DNA of 64,000 nucleotides, taken from NCBI GenBank assembly GCA_021815445.1, contig JAKAGM010000001.1, forward strand, positions 3,447-67,446, in the 5' to 3' direction. Shown here piece by piece: positions 19,177-28,394 of the stretch (positions within the stretch are counted from its first letter, which is position 1; each line of letters starts with the position of its first letter). The translations under genes were made by a program, and so were the position numbers. Below the pieces are notes generated by a model. It had not been told where the DNA came from. It made no database searches and saw only the letters and a program-made list of their open reading frames with translations. The stretch comes from a bacterium. GTDB taxonomy: Bacteria; Patescibacteriota; Patescibacteriia; UBA10025.

Positions 19177-20442
19177 ATGGACACAAAACCTCAAGTGCAT
19201 TCAAAACCCCCGGAAATGTCTCTCAGCAAGAATCTGTTTGTAGTGGCGATAATCACCAGTCTCGTTATCGGCGGACTTTCAGGAGGTATTTTTGGCGTTG
19301 TGGCAACACAAAATCCCCAGTTTACCTCATGGATCCAAAAAAATGTCTTAAACTCTTCCCGGGCCTCTTCGACAGCAAATCTCACGGGCACCGGCAGCAC
19401 GCTCCAAGTCCAAGAGGATTCGGCCACTGTCGACGTGGTCAAACAGGCGACGCCGGCTGTCGTGAGCATCGTTGTCAAGCAGGACTTGAGCAAGCTCAAT
19501 AATAACAATACGTTCCCTTTTTTCAATTCGCCTTTCCAATTTAACGTTCCCCAAGGAGAACAGCAGATCGGCGCGGGAACCGGCTTTATCATCACCTCCG
19601 ACGGGCTTATCCTTACCAATAAGCACGTCGTTTCAGCCGGGCAAGACACCACGGGCAGCGCGACGCAATACACGGTCATCATGAATGACGGCAAGCAGTA
19701 TGACGCGACAGTCGTCGATACCGACCCGGTGAACGATTTTGCGCTGATTCGAATCAAGGCCACGGGGCTCCCCAAGCTTGACCTGGGAGATTCCGATACC
19801 GTCCGGGTAGGGCAGACGGTCATAGCCATCGGCAATGCCCTGGGACAATTCAGCAACACGGTGACGAAAGGGGTGATCTCGGGACTGTCCCGGACTATCA
19901 CGGCAGGAGACAGCCAAAACACGTCCGAAAGGCTGGAAAATATCTTTCAGACTGACGCGGCAATAAACTTCGGCAATTCGGGCGGACCGCTTCTCAACCT
20001 GGCCGGCCAGGTCGTCGGTCTCAACACGGCCATCAGCCAGCAAGGCCAGCTCATCGGATTCGCTATCCCTATTAACCAGGCAAAGACCGTTATCGCGAGC
20101 GTGCAAAAGTACGGCAAAATCGTGCGTCCGTACATGGGCGTCAGGTATGTGCAGGTGGATGATGCCGTAGCCGCTGAAAACAAATTAAGTGTCAACTACG
20201 GGGCGCTCCTGCTCAAGGGAAGCTCGGCAAATGAACCAGCGGTGATAGCAGGCAGCCCGGCGGACAAAGCCGGACTCGTGGAGAATGACATTATTCTCGA
20301 GTTTAACGGGAAGAAAATTACCGCTGATAACTCACTTGCGAGCGCCATCCAGAAGCTCAATCCAGGGGATACCGTCCAGCTCAAAGTTCTGCGCCAGGGA
20401 AAAGAAAAAAATATTTCGGTGACTCTCGAGGAGTTTAAATAA
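19177..20442 (+). CDS. htrA: Periplasmic serine endoprotease HtrA/DegP family (trypsin-like domain plus PDZ)
   Basis: Catalytic triad context TNKHVV, DFALIR, GNSGGPLLN; C-terminal PDZ domain; N-terminal TM anchor. Confidence 0.85.
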   Translation: MDTKPQVHSKPPEMSLSKNLFVVAIITSLVIGGLSGGIFGVVATQNPQFTSWIQKNVLNSSRASSTANLTGTGSTLQVQEDSATVDVVKQATPAVVSIVVKQDLSKLNNNNTFPFFNSPFQFNVPQGEQQIGAGTGFIITSDGLILTNKHVVSAGQDTTGSATQYTVIMNDGKQYDATVVDTDPVNDFALIRIKATGLPKLDLGDSDTVRVGQTVIAIGNALGQFSNTVTKGVISGLSRTITAGDSQNTSERLENIFQTDAAINFGNSGGPLLNLAGQVVGLNTAISQQGQLIGFAIPINQAKTVIASVQKYGKIVRPYMGVRYVQVDDAVAAENKLSVNYGALLLKGSSANEPAVIAGSPADKAGLVENDIILEFNGKKITADNSLASAIQKLNPGDTVQLKVLRQGKEKNISVTLEEFK

Positions 20443-20455
20443 TAACAAGAACGTT

Positions 20456-20938
20456 ATGAATATACGGGCAGAGGAAGAACTCGGAAAAACGCATTCCATG
20501 CACGAAGGGCAGGGAGATCAGGGTGCTGATACAGAGCACCAGGATTCCGAGGACGGGCATGAGGAAGAAACGAAACTTTCATGGGGTGAGCTTCATGATG
20601 CGCTCGAGGAGACATGGAAGATCGCGCAGGGCCTTACGGAGGACGAAGCTACCGGTTCAAAAGCGGCTGCAAAGCTCGGACAGCGTCTCCGGATGAAAAG
20701 CCAGGCGCTTTTTGATGTGTTAGAGGGGACATTGGAACTCGCAGGTCTCGACCATACGCGTGTGAGAGAAGCTATGGAGGATCTCGTATCGTTGGCTCGA
20801 AATCACCAAAAGGAATTCTTTGTCCATGGTCTCACGGACTCATCTGCGGCAAGCGGAGAACTGTTAAAAATCCACAACCAGTTCAAAAAAGGGCTTGGCA
20901 GCAAGGCAGAATTGGAAGAGCACCGGAAGGCCGCATAA
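20456..20938 (+). CDS. Acidic, helical hypothetical protein
   Basis: 160 aa, highly charged (E/D/H-rich N-terminus). No recognisable motif. Confidence 0.35.
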   Translation: MNIRAEEELGKTHSMHEGQGDQGADTEHQDSEDGHEEETKLSWGELHDALEETWKIAQGLTEDEATGSKAAAKLGQRLRMKSQALFDVLEGTLELAGLDHTRVREAMEDLVSLARNHQKEFFVHGLTDSSAASGELLKIHNQFKKGLGSKAELEEHRKAA

Positions 20939-21007
20939 GAGAACAACTATTTAGGAATAAAAAAACGGGGGCACAACTGTGTGTCCCCGGGGTATTTCGG
21001 TGCTTCT

Positions 21008-22357
21008 TTAGAGCAACGACAGGCACTGGTCGAGCTCATAATTCGTCACCGCTGTGCGGTAGCCGTCCCACTCGTGGCGTTTATTGTCAACCAGCGAGCC
21101 ATGAATGTGCGGGCCAAGCGTCTCCTGCATCAACGTGCTTGCCTCGAAGAGATCCGTTGCTTCGGCCAGACTGCCCGGAAGCGATCCGATGCCATGCTCT
21201 TTCAGCTCCGCTGTAGTCATTTCGAAGATGTTCTGTTCGATGGGCTCCGGCAGCTTATAACCTTTGTCGATTCCATCAAGTCCAGCGGCGAGCATGCAGG
21301 CGAAGGCGAGGTACGGGTTGCACGCCGGGTCGGCTGAACGAAGCTCGATGCGCGTGGCTTTTTCTTTCCCGACACGGTACATCGGCACGCGGACGAGCGA
21401 CGAACGATTTCTGCGTCCCCACGAGATGTAGACGGGCGCCTCATATCCTGCCACAAGGCGCTTATACGAATTCACCCACTGGTTGAGCACAAGCGTCATT
21501 TCGCGGACATGGGTGAGAATCCCGGCCATGAAAGAGCGCGCCAGTGCGGAGAGATTGTAGGGATCATCGGGATCGAAGAAGGCATTCTTGTCGCCTTTGA
21601 AGAGCGACATATGCGTGTGCATCCCGGAGCCGTTCTGGCCGAAGATCGGTTTGGGGATGAAGCTTGCATACGCACCTGCTTCAAGCGCGAGCTCTTTCAC
21701 CACAAACCTGTAGAGCATCGCGAAGTCAGCCATTGTTGATGCCTCCTGATATCGGAGGTCGATCTCGTGCTGGGAAGGGGCGACTTCATGATGAGAACAC
21801 TCGACCGGAATGCCGATTGCCTCCAGAGAAACCACGGCTTTTTTGCGCAGTCTGGTGCCCTCGTCCACTGTCGAGTAATCGAAGTACCCGCCACTGTCGA
21901 GGGGCGTGGTCCCGTGAGCGTCGCGAAAATAGAAGTACTCGATTTCCGGACCGCAATTGAATTTGTAGCCGCGGTCCGAGGCCTTCTTCAGGACACGCCT
22001 CAGAACCTGGCGAGGATCGCCATGGTAAGGAGTGCCGTCGGGATTGCAGATATCGCAGAACATCAAGGCGATCTTTTCCCCGCCGATTTCCCAGGGGATA
22101 ATCCGAAACGAGTGGAGGTCGGGCATTGCCATCAAGTCAGATTCTTCGATGCGGACAAACCCCTCGACGGAAGAGCCGTCAAAACCCTGTCCCTCTTCCA
22201 GAACTGTCTCCATTTCACTGCGAGTGATCGACATTCCCTTCATCTGGCCGAGAATGTCAGTGAACAGAAGGCGCACGTACCTAATCTTGTTCGTGTCGAG
22301 CGCATCGCGCGCCTGCTGCGAGTTGGTCACTTCGCGTTGTTGTGTACCCTGTTCCAT
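21008..22357 (-). CDS. glnA: Glutamine synthetase type I
   Basis: 449 aa with a GS beta-grasp N-domain and catalytic C-domain motifs (KPIFGQNGSGMHTHMSLF, NPYLAFA). Confidence 0.85.
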   Translation of the reverse strand: MEQGTQQREVTNSQQARDALDTNKIRYVRLLFTDILGQMKGMSITRSEMETVLEEGQGFDGSSVEGFVRIEESDLMAMPDLHSFRIIPWEIGGEKIALMFCDICNPDGTPYHGDPRQVLRRVLKKASDRGYKFNCGPEIEYFYFRDAHGTTPLDSGGYFDYSTVDEGTRLRKKAVVSLEAIGIPVECSHHEVAPSQHEIDLRYQEASTMADFAMLYRFVVKELALEAGAYASFIPKPIFGQNGSGMHTHMSLFKGDKNAFFDPDDPYNLSALARSFMAGILTHVREMTLVLNQWVNSYKRLVAGYEAPVYISWGRRNRSSLVRVPMYRVGKEKATRIELRSADPACNPYLAFACMLAAGLDGIDKGYKLPEPIEQNIFEMTTAELKEHGIGSLPGSLAEATDLFEASTLMQETLGPHIHGSLVDNKRHEWDGYRTAVTNYELDQCLSLL

Positions 22358-22607
22358 ACGAGCTCCTTTGGGTTAGCGGTTGGTTGCCTATATTGACAAT
22401 GATCCATTTTTCCTCGGAAAACGCGAAAACTCTCCGGTTTGAGCTTCCTTTTTTTACCCCTCCGACTCCGGGAAAAAAGGAAAAAACTCCGTTTGGAGAG
22501 TTTTTTTTATTCTACTTTGAATTGTAGATATAGAGAGTGTAGCAAGATTTTACCAGAGGGTAAAAGAGGGTTATCCACAGGCTCTTATTGCGTAGACAGG
22601 GAAAGCT

Positions 22608-22690
22608 CATGCCTCCGGCAGGGCTTACTTTTTGTGACCAAAAAGTAGGCAAAAAGTCTCGGGGTTTTCGATTCGCGAGAAAGTCAGATC
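22608..22690 (+). repeat. About 75-bp repeat element, copy 1 (upstream of prfB); contains a 12-bp inverted repeat (ctcggggttttcg / cgaaaaccccga)
   Basis: gcctccggcagggcttactttttgtgacc...tctcggggttttcgattcgcgagaaagtc aligns with 23959-24030. Confidence 0.5.
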
Positions 22691-22810
22691 CTTTTTCTAT
22701 CTCGGATTGGCTCAGCGAAAACCCCGAACCCCATATGTAGGAGTAGTATGGCGGGGTTTACCCCAAGGGCAGCGCTTGTTTGTTCGTCTTTTTTACTATA
22801 CACTTCCCCC

Positions 22811-23909
22811 ATGAACGAGATTATTGGGCAACTCAAAGAGCTTCAAAACAAAATCGCCCAGACCTGGGGGTTTCTTTGACCTGGACCAGACGCGGCAAAA
22901 AATCGGCGAACTGGAAAGTGAAGTAAGCGAACCGGATTTTTGGAAGGACACGAAGCACGCCAAGGCGAAAAGCCAGGAGCTCGACGAGCTCAAGGAAGAA
23001 GTTTCGCGTTGGGAGGCAATCAAAAAAGACGTTGATGACCTTGTCGACCTATCTTCGCTGGCCCACAAAGAGCACGATGAGTCCATACGCGGCGATGTCG
23101 AGAAAAAGTTCGCCGAAGTGACTAAACGCTTCAGGGAGCTTGAGTTTTACATCATGTTTTCCCAGAAGTACGATAAACGGAACGCGATTCTCGCTATCCA
23201 CGCCGGCGCAGGCGGGACGGATTCTCAAGACTGGGTCGCTATGCTTCTTCGGATGTATCTGCGTTTCTGCGAACGCAAGGGGTGGGTGGTAAAAATAGTC
23301 GATGAATCGTTCGGACAGGAAGCGGGCATCAAGAGCGTCACCATGGAAATCCACGGCCGATGGGCGTACGGACATCTGCGTTCTGAAGCGGGTGTACACA
23401 GGCTGGTGCGCATTTCACCGTTCGACGCTGAGAAGATGCGCCACACCTCGTTCGCGCTCGTTGAAATCCTGCCGGAGCTTGAAGAGCTTGAGGAGGTCAA
23501 GATTGACGACAAAGATCTCCGCATAGACACTTTTATGTCGTCGGGGAAGGGCGGACAAAGTGTCAATACGACGTACTCGGCGGTGCGCATCGTCCATATC
23601 CCGACCGGCATCATGGTTTCGTGCCAGAATGAGCGCTCTCAGCTCCAAAACAAAGCAACAGCGATGAAAATCCTCAAAAGCAAGCTGTATAAAATTACTC
23701 TTGAGAAACAGCAGGAAGAAAAACAGCAGTTGCGCGGCGAGTACCAATCGGCCGAGTGGGGGAGCCAGATACGTTCGTACGTGCTCCAGCCCTACCAGAT
23801 GGTGAAAGACCACCGGACAAAATACGAGGAGAATAATCCGGACGAGGTATTGAACGGGAAGCTGGAAGGGTTCATCGAAAGCTACTTGCGCTGGAAGGTG
23901 AAGAAATAG
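22811..23909 (+). CDS. prfB: Peptide chain release factor 2 with programmed +1 ribosomal frameshift
   Basis: ORF0 MNEIIGQLKELQNKIAQTWGFL ends at CTT TGA C (22874-22880) and is preceded by the SD-like GGGGG. The +1 frame continues DLDQTRQKIGELESE... and carries the RF2 GGQ motif (SGKGGQSVNTT). Confidence 0.9.
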
Positions 23910-23958
23910 CGGCAACACAAAAGCATCGGTTATTCAAAAAAACAACGACATTGCTTTG

Positions 23959-24030
23959 TCTTCGGCGGAGCGCTTTTTTGTGACTGAAAAAATCTCGGGG
24001 TTTGCGATGTGCGAGACGGATCGAGGTTTG
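23959..24030 (+). repeat. About 75-bp repeat element, copy 2 (downstream of prfB)
   Basis: gtcttcggcggagcgcttttttgtgact...tctcggggtttgcgatgtgcgagacggatc is homologous to 22608-22690. Confidence 0.5.
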
Positions 24031-24044
24031 GGAATTAGAGTAGT

Positions 24045-24072
24045 GTATCAGTGTGTTAACACATTGATACAT
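24045..24072 (+). promoter_or_regulatory. Palindromic operator-like site A (TGTATCAGTGTGTTAACACATTGATACA)
   Basis: A 28-bp near-perfect palindrome centred on GTTAAC. It is one of four related sites; this one lies about 165 bp upstream of the small membrane protein gene at 24240. Confidence 0.55.
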
Positions 24073-24239
24073 ACATAAAACTGTTTTTATAATGCATTGA
24101 CACTTGTGTGGGCGACTGCTACCATTGTCTAACCCTTTCGTACATTCGACATTCAAAAACATAACTACCAATAACAGTGCAGCCCTTTATATGTAGGCAA
24201 CACAAATTCTTAGTCCACGTTCTGAAGAAGGAGGATCAC

Positions 24240-24611
24240 ATGTCTAGAAAAGCGAAGTTCTGGATAACCTTAGTGCTTGGTCTCATCTACACCCTGTTTG
24301 GGTGGATGATGACCCATCATTTGCTGGCGGTCATCCTGACCTACGGCGCGCAGTCGGTGATTGCTGCGATCATCGCCGCGTCGTGCAACGAGCGCAATCA
24401 GCGTATCGGCGGCTGGTGGACGTTTGCCCAGGGTATGGCTTTCTGTGTCGTCGGCGGTTTCATCACTGGATTGCTCTACGTCTGGATCGCCTGCGGTCTC
24501 GCGGCAGTTGTCTACGGCGCTGGGATCGGAGGGATCAAGCTGGAAGAAGAGTTTCAGGAGAATCCTTCGATTCCAAAAGCACAACTGGGCATATGTTCAG
24601 TGTGGTGCTGA
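24240..24611 (+). CDS. Small integral membrane protein (about 123 aa, 4 TM)
   Basis: Strong RBS AGGAGG 6 nt upstream of the ATG at 24240; hydrophobic throughout. Confidence 0.5.
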   Translation: MSRKAKFWITLVLGLIYTLFGWMMTHHLLAVILTYGAQSVIAAIIAASCNERNQRIGGWWTFAQGMAFCVVGGFITGLLYVWIACGLAAVVYGAGIGGIKLEEEFQENPSIPKAQLGICSVWC

Positions 24612-24733
24612 TGTGACCATCAGTATGTTTCTTTCGACCCGCTTATGAGTGGGTCTTTTTTTATGTGCTTGCCCAGATGAACGTTTTGTGATAGAATACT
24701 CCTGTTAGCAACTTTATTCATCTTACCGCACTT

Positions 24734-26230
24734 ATGGGTCCGGCAAGAGCTTTTTTGTATATTCTCATCAGTTTTATCCTCGGGGTGGGGACTCGTTCTT
24801 TACTGCCTATCCCAACGGTTTTCGCTTTGACTGTCAGTGTGGTGGCGTTTTTGGGCATGATAATTGCGTTTCGTCACGCGACGGCGCGGTTCATATTTCT
24901 CTGCGCGCTTTTGTTTGCTCTCGGCATATTGCGCTTTAACATTTCAGAACCGCGCAATGATTCTACTGCCATTCGGTCGCTGAATAATAAGGGAACTGTG
25001 ACATTTATGGGTGTTGTTGTGCAGGAGCCTGATGTTAGGCAAGACAGCGTTAAGTTGACGGTCTCGGTGCGAAAGGTCCAACTCAAAAAACGTGATGCCG
25101 CCTACCGTGGCAAAGTTCTTGTAACAGCTCCGCTATATCCTGAGATTGCATATGGAGAGGCGCTTCTCATAACCTGTACGTTCAAATCTCCGGAGCCTGT
25201 CCAGGACTTTGCCTATGACCAGTACCTGAGCCGATTCGGCGTGTATTCTCTGTGTTCTTTCCCCCGCATCAAACGTGTCTCATCAGGGCAGGGGAATCCG
25301 ATCATGAACAGTATTCTCAACGTTAAGCGTTTATTCACCAACCGCATCCAAATGGCCGTACCTGAGCCGGAAGCGTCGTTTCTCGGGGGACTTGTGCTTG
25401 GTGCAAAACGCTCAATACCTCAAAAACTTATGGATGCATTCGCTCGGACAGGGACGACGCACGTCGTGGCGTTGTCAGGGTACAATATTACCATCATCGC
25501 AGTATGTATCCAGAATCTCTGCCGAGCTCTGCGAATTCCAAAGCGTAAAGGGTTCTGGGTGGCGCTTGGAGTGATTGCCATATTCATCCTTATGACCGGA
25601 GCTCAGGCATCAGTCGTGCGGGCGGGGATTATGGGTGGTCTTACTTTGCTTGCCAACCGCCTCGGCCGGCTTTCACGGATTACCAACGCGCTCGTACTTG
25701 CCGCATTTTGCATGTTGGCCATCAACCCGCGCATCCTTGCTTTTGACGCCGGCTTCCAGTTATCTTTTTTGTCCACTCTCGGGCTCGTGTACTGTTCGCC
25801 GCTCATAGAGAAATGGTTCGTTAAAGTTCCCGATGTCCTCGGGATGAGGTCGAGCCTTGTTGCCACTCTTTCGGCAATGATGTTCACGCTACCGCTGATT
25901 GTCGCGACTTTCGGGAGGATTTCGCTTATTGCGCCGCTTGTGAACGCGCTCATACTTCCGTTTGTCCCTCTTGCCATGGGTGTCGGATTTGCTACGGGTA
26001 TTGCGGCGTTTGTCTGGCTGCCGCTCGGGAAACTGTGCGGCTGGCTCGCCTGGCTGGTACTACGTTCAATACTTTTGGTTATCGAAACAGGATCATCACT
26101 GCCTTTCACATCATATTCGCTGTCACATATTCACTGGGCGTTGATTATTGCATGCTATGCCGGTATTATTTTTGTCCTTTGGAAAAATAAAAAAAGACCG
26201 CGGGGCGATATCGTGCGCCCTGCGGTATGA
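24734..26230 (+). CDS. comEC: DNA internalisation competence protein ComEC/Rec2 (DUF4131 plus competence channel domain), lacking the C-terminal MBL domain
   Basis: Multi-TM protein with motif ARTGTTHVVALSGYNITII, typical of the ComEC competence domain. Confidence 0.75.
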   Translation: MGPARAFLYILISFILGVGTRSLLPIPTVFALTVSVVAFLGMIIAFRHATARFIFLCALLFALGILRFNISEPRNDSTAIRSLNNKGTVTFMGVVVQEPDVRQDSVKLTVSVRKVQLKKRDAAYRGKVLVTAPLYPEIAYGEALLITCTFKSPEPVQDFAYDQYLSRFGVYSLCSFPRIKRVSSGQGNPIMNSILNVKRLFTNRIQMAVPEPEASFLGGLVLGAKRSIPQKLMDAFARTGTTHVVALSGYNITIIAVCIQNLCRALRIPKRKGFWVALGVIAIFILMTGAQASVVRAGIMGGLTLLANRLGRLSRITNALVLAAFCMLAINPRILAFDAGFQLSFLSTLGLVYCSPLIEKWFVKVPDVLGMRSSLVATLSAMMFTLPLIVATFGRISLIAPLVNALILPFVPLAMGVGFATGIAAFVWLPLGKLCGWLAWLVLRSILLVIETGSSLPFTSYSLSHIHWALIIACYAGIIFVLWKNKKRPRGDIVRPAV

Positions 26231-26260
26231 ATTCCTTGATAAAACATTGACACTTGACTG

Positions 26261-27190
26261 TCAGGTTTTCTCGGCCCAGATGGCCTCGGCTTCCTCAAGA
26301 AGTTGGATTCCTTCATTCTCGGGGCGCTGGAAGATATTGCGTCCAATGATGCTTCCAAACCCTCCGCCATCTCTGATGGCACGGATTTCCGAGAGAACCG
26401 CGGCCTTGTCTTTTGCTTCGCCCCCCGAGAAGAGGACGATCCTCCGGCCGCCGAAAGCGGACTGTATAACGTGTTTGATACTGTCGACGAGCGCAGTATG
26501 AGGGATGTCCAGATCTTCGTAGAGTTTCGATCCCTCTTGCTTACCGGCGAAGTACAGACTTCCTCGCGGCGGCTTCACCTTGACGATGTGCGCCCCAAGC
26601 TGGCAGGCGATGTGCGCGGCGTAGGCGATCACATCCGTAGCCTCCTGTTTCGCCTTGGTGTCGAGGTTGCCGCCTCGCGGATACGACCATACGACGACGA
26701 CCAGCCCGGCTGCCTTGGCCTCTGCGGCGATCTCGCGAAGCTGCTCATACATTTCACGCGAACGCGGAGATCCGGGGTAGATCGTAAATCCCACGGCGCG
26801 ACAGCCCAGGCGCAGCGCATCTTGGACTGAAGCCGTTACGGCAGGGCACGGATCGCCGGTGGAGAGCAGGTCGCTGTTGTTGAGTTTGAGTATCAAGGGG
26901 ATTCCCCCTTTGAATTCTTCGAATCCGGCTTCCAGAGCACCGAGAGGAGCAGCGTGGGCGTTACACCCCGCCTCGATGGCAAGATGGAAATGGTATCTGG
27001 GGTCGTATCCTGCCGGGTTCTTTGCGAAACTGGCTCCCGGACCATGCTCAAAACCCTGGTCAACGGGCAGGATGACCAATTTGCCGGTGCCCGCCAGCCT
27101 GCCGTGGTTGAGAATCTGTGCAAGATTCGCCAGCACTTGCTTATTTTCTCCCCGGTACCACGAGAGAATTTTATCAACTGGTTCTGACAT
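26261..27190 (-). CDS. fbaB: Class I fructose-bisphosphate aldolase, DhnA/FbaB (archaeal) type
   Basis: Motif ILPVDQGFEHGP and TIM-barrel length (about 309 aa from the ATG at 27190 with AGGAGG RBS). Confidence 0.6.
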   Translation of the reverse strand: MSEPVDKILSWYRGENKQVLANLAQILNHGRLAGTGKLVILPVDQGFEHGPGASFAKNPAGYDPRYHFHLAIEAGCNAHAAPLGALEAGFEEFKGGIPLILKLNNSDLLSTGDPCPAVTASVQDALRLGCRAVGFTIYPGSPRSREMYEQLREIAAEAKAAGLVVVVWSYPRGGNLDTKAKQEATDVIAYAAHIACQLGAHIVKVKPPRGSLYFAGKQEGSKLYEDLDIPHTALVDSIKHVIQSAFGGRRIVLFSGGEAKDKAAVLSEIRAIRDGGGFGSIIGRNIFQRPENEGIQLLEEAEAIWAEKT

Positions 27191-27339
27191 ACTCTTCCTC
27201 CTGTTACGTGGTGGTTTTGGTGAGCGATGTTGTTTCATGTTATTGCGAGATCACTCTATCATGTACCGTCTTGAGCGTCAATATAAGAAAAACGACCGCG
27301 GATTAATGCGGTCGTGACGTATTCAGAGTGTGCCGAGGG

Positions 27340-28293
27340 TCAGCAGTTGTTCCTTCCAAACTGATGTTTGGTTTCCATGAAGCGGATAGTGCCTGAAGCC
27401 GAGCGTCCCATGATTGAGTAGGTCACGTCTCCGTGAGGAGTGGTGCGTACACCGCGGAGCAGATCGCCGTCAGTGACCCCGGTGGCAGCAAAGATCACAT
27501 CCTCACCGCTGGCCAATTCCTTTGCCGTGTAGATCCGATCGGGATCCGTGATGCCCATTTCACGCGCTCGTTCTTTCTGGGCATCATCTTTCCACTGGAG
27601 CTGGCCGAGTATCTCGCCGCCCATGCAGCGAAGCGCCGCGGCGGCAAGCACCCCTTCAGGCGCGGCACCGATACCCATGAGCACATCAACGGGACTGTCA
27701 GGGAGCGCTGTCGCTATAGCCCCTGCGACGTCGCCGTCCTGGATGAAGTGGATGCGGGCGCCCGTAGAGCGGATCTCAGCCACCAGATCGTTATGTCGAT
27801 CGCGCTTCAAGACGACCACTACCAGGTCGCGCATCGGTTTACCAAGGGCCTTGGAAATCCTCTGAAGGTTCCAGGTGGGGGACTCTCGCAGATTGATGAC
27901 TCCGCATGCTTTGGGCCCGACAGCAAGTTTCCGCATGTAGCCGTCGGGAGCATGGAGCAGAGTGCCGGGATTGCCTGCGGCTATCACGGACATTGCGTTC
28001 TCGCCGCCCTCGGCAGTCCGGTCCGTACACTCGAGAGGATCGACAGCGATGTCGAGCTCGAGGCCATGTCCGGATCCAACCTTCTCGTCGATGAAGAGCA
28101 TGGGAGCTTCATCACGCTCTCCCTCGCCGATGACGATAGTGCCTCGGATGTCGATGAAGTTAAATTCACTCCGCATGGCTTCGACAGCGGCACTATCAGC
28201 GGCATGTTTATCGCCCCGACCAATCCAACCCGCGGCGGCTCGTGCAGCCGCCTCGGTGACTCTGACAAATTCAAGTGCAATGTTTTTATCCAT
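27340..28293 (-). CDS. glpX: Fructose-1,6-bisphosphatase class II (GlpX)
   Basis: N-terminus MDKNIALEFVRVTEAAARAAAGWIGRGDKHAADSAAVEAMR closely resembles E. coli GlpX. The same aacaggagg RBS as fbaB is present. Confidence 0.85.
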   Translation of the reverse strand: MDKNIALEFVRVTEAAARAAAGWIGRGDKHAADSAAVEAMRSEFNFIDIRGTIVIGEGERDEAPMLFIDEKVGSGHGLELDIAVDPLECTDRTAEGGENAMSVIAAGNPGTLLHAPDGYMRKLAVGPKACGVINLRESPTWNLQRISKALGKPMRDLVVVVLKRDRHNDLVAEIRSTGARIHFIQDGDVAGAIATALPDSPVDVLMGIGAAPEGVLAAAALRCMGGEILGQLQWKDDAQKERAREMGITDPDRIYTAKELASGEDVIFAATGVTDGDLLRGVRTTPHGDVTYSIMGRSASGTIRFMETKHQFGRNNC

Positions 28294-28394
28294 TCCTTTG
28301 CCTCCTGTTCTCGTGTTTGTAGGTTTGTTTTCCATAGTTCAGTCGTATTAAAATCATCTCATTTTTCGAAAGGTTTTGTCAACATCTGTAATGT

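Noticed and set aside
20981-21337. 118-aa plus-strand ORF and other ORFs inside glnA on the opposite strand
   Set aside because: They overlap the well-supported glutamine synthetase gene in antisense and show no independent signals.
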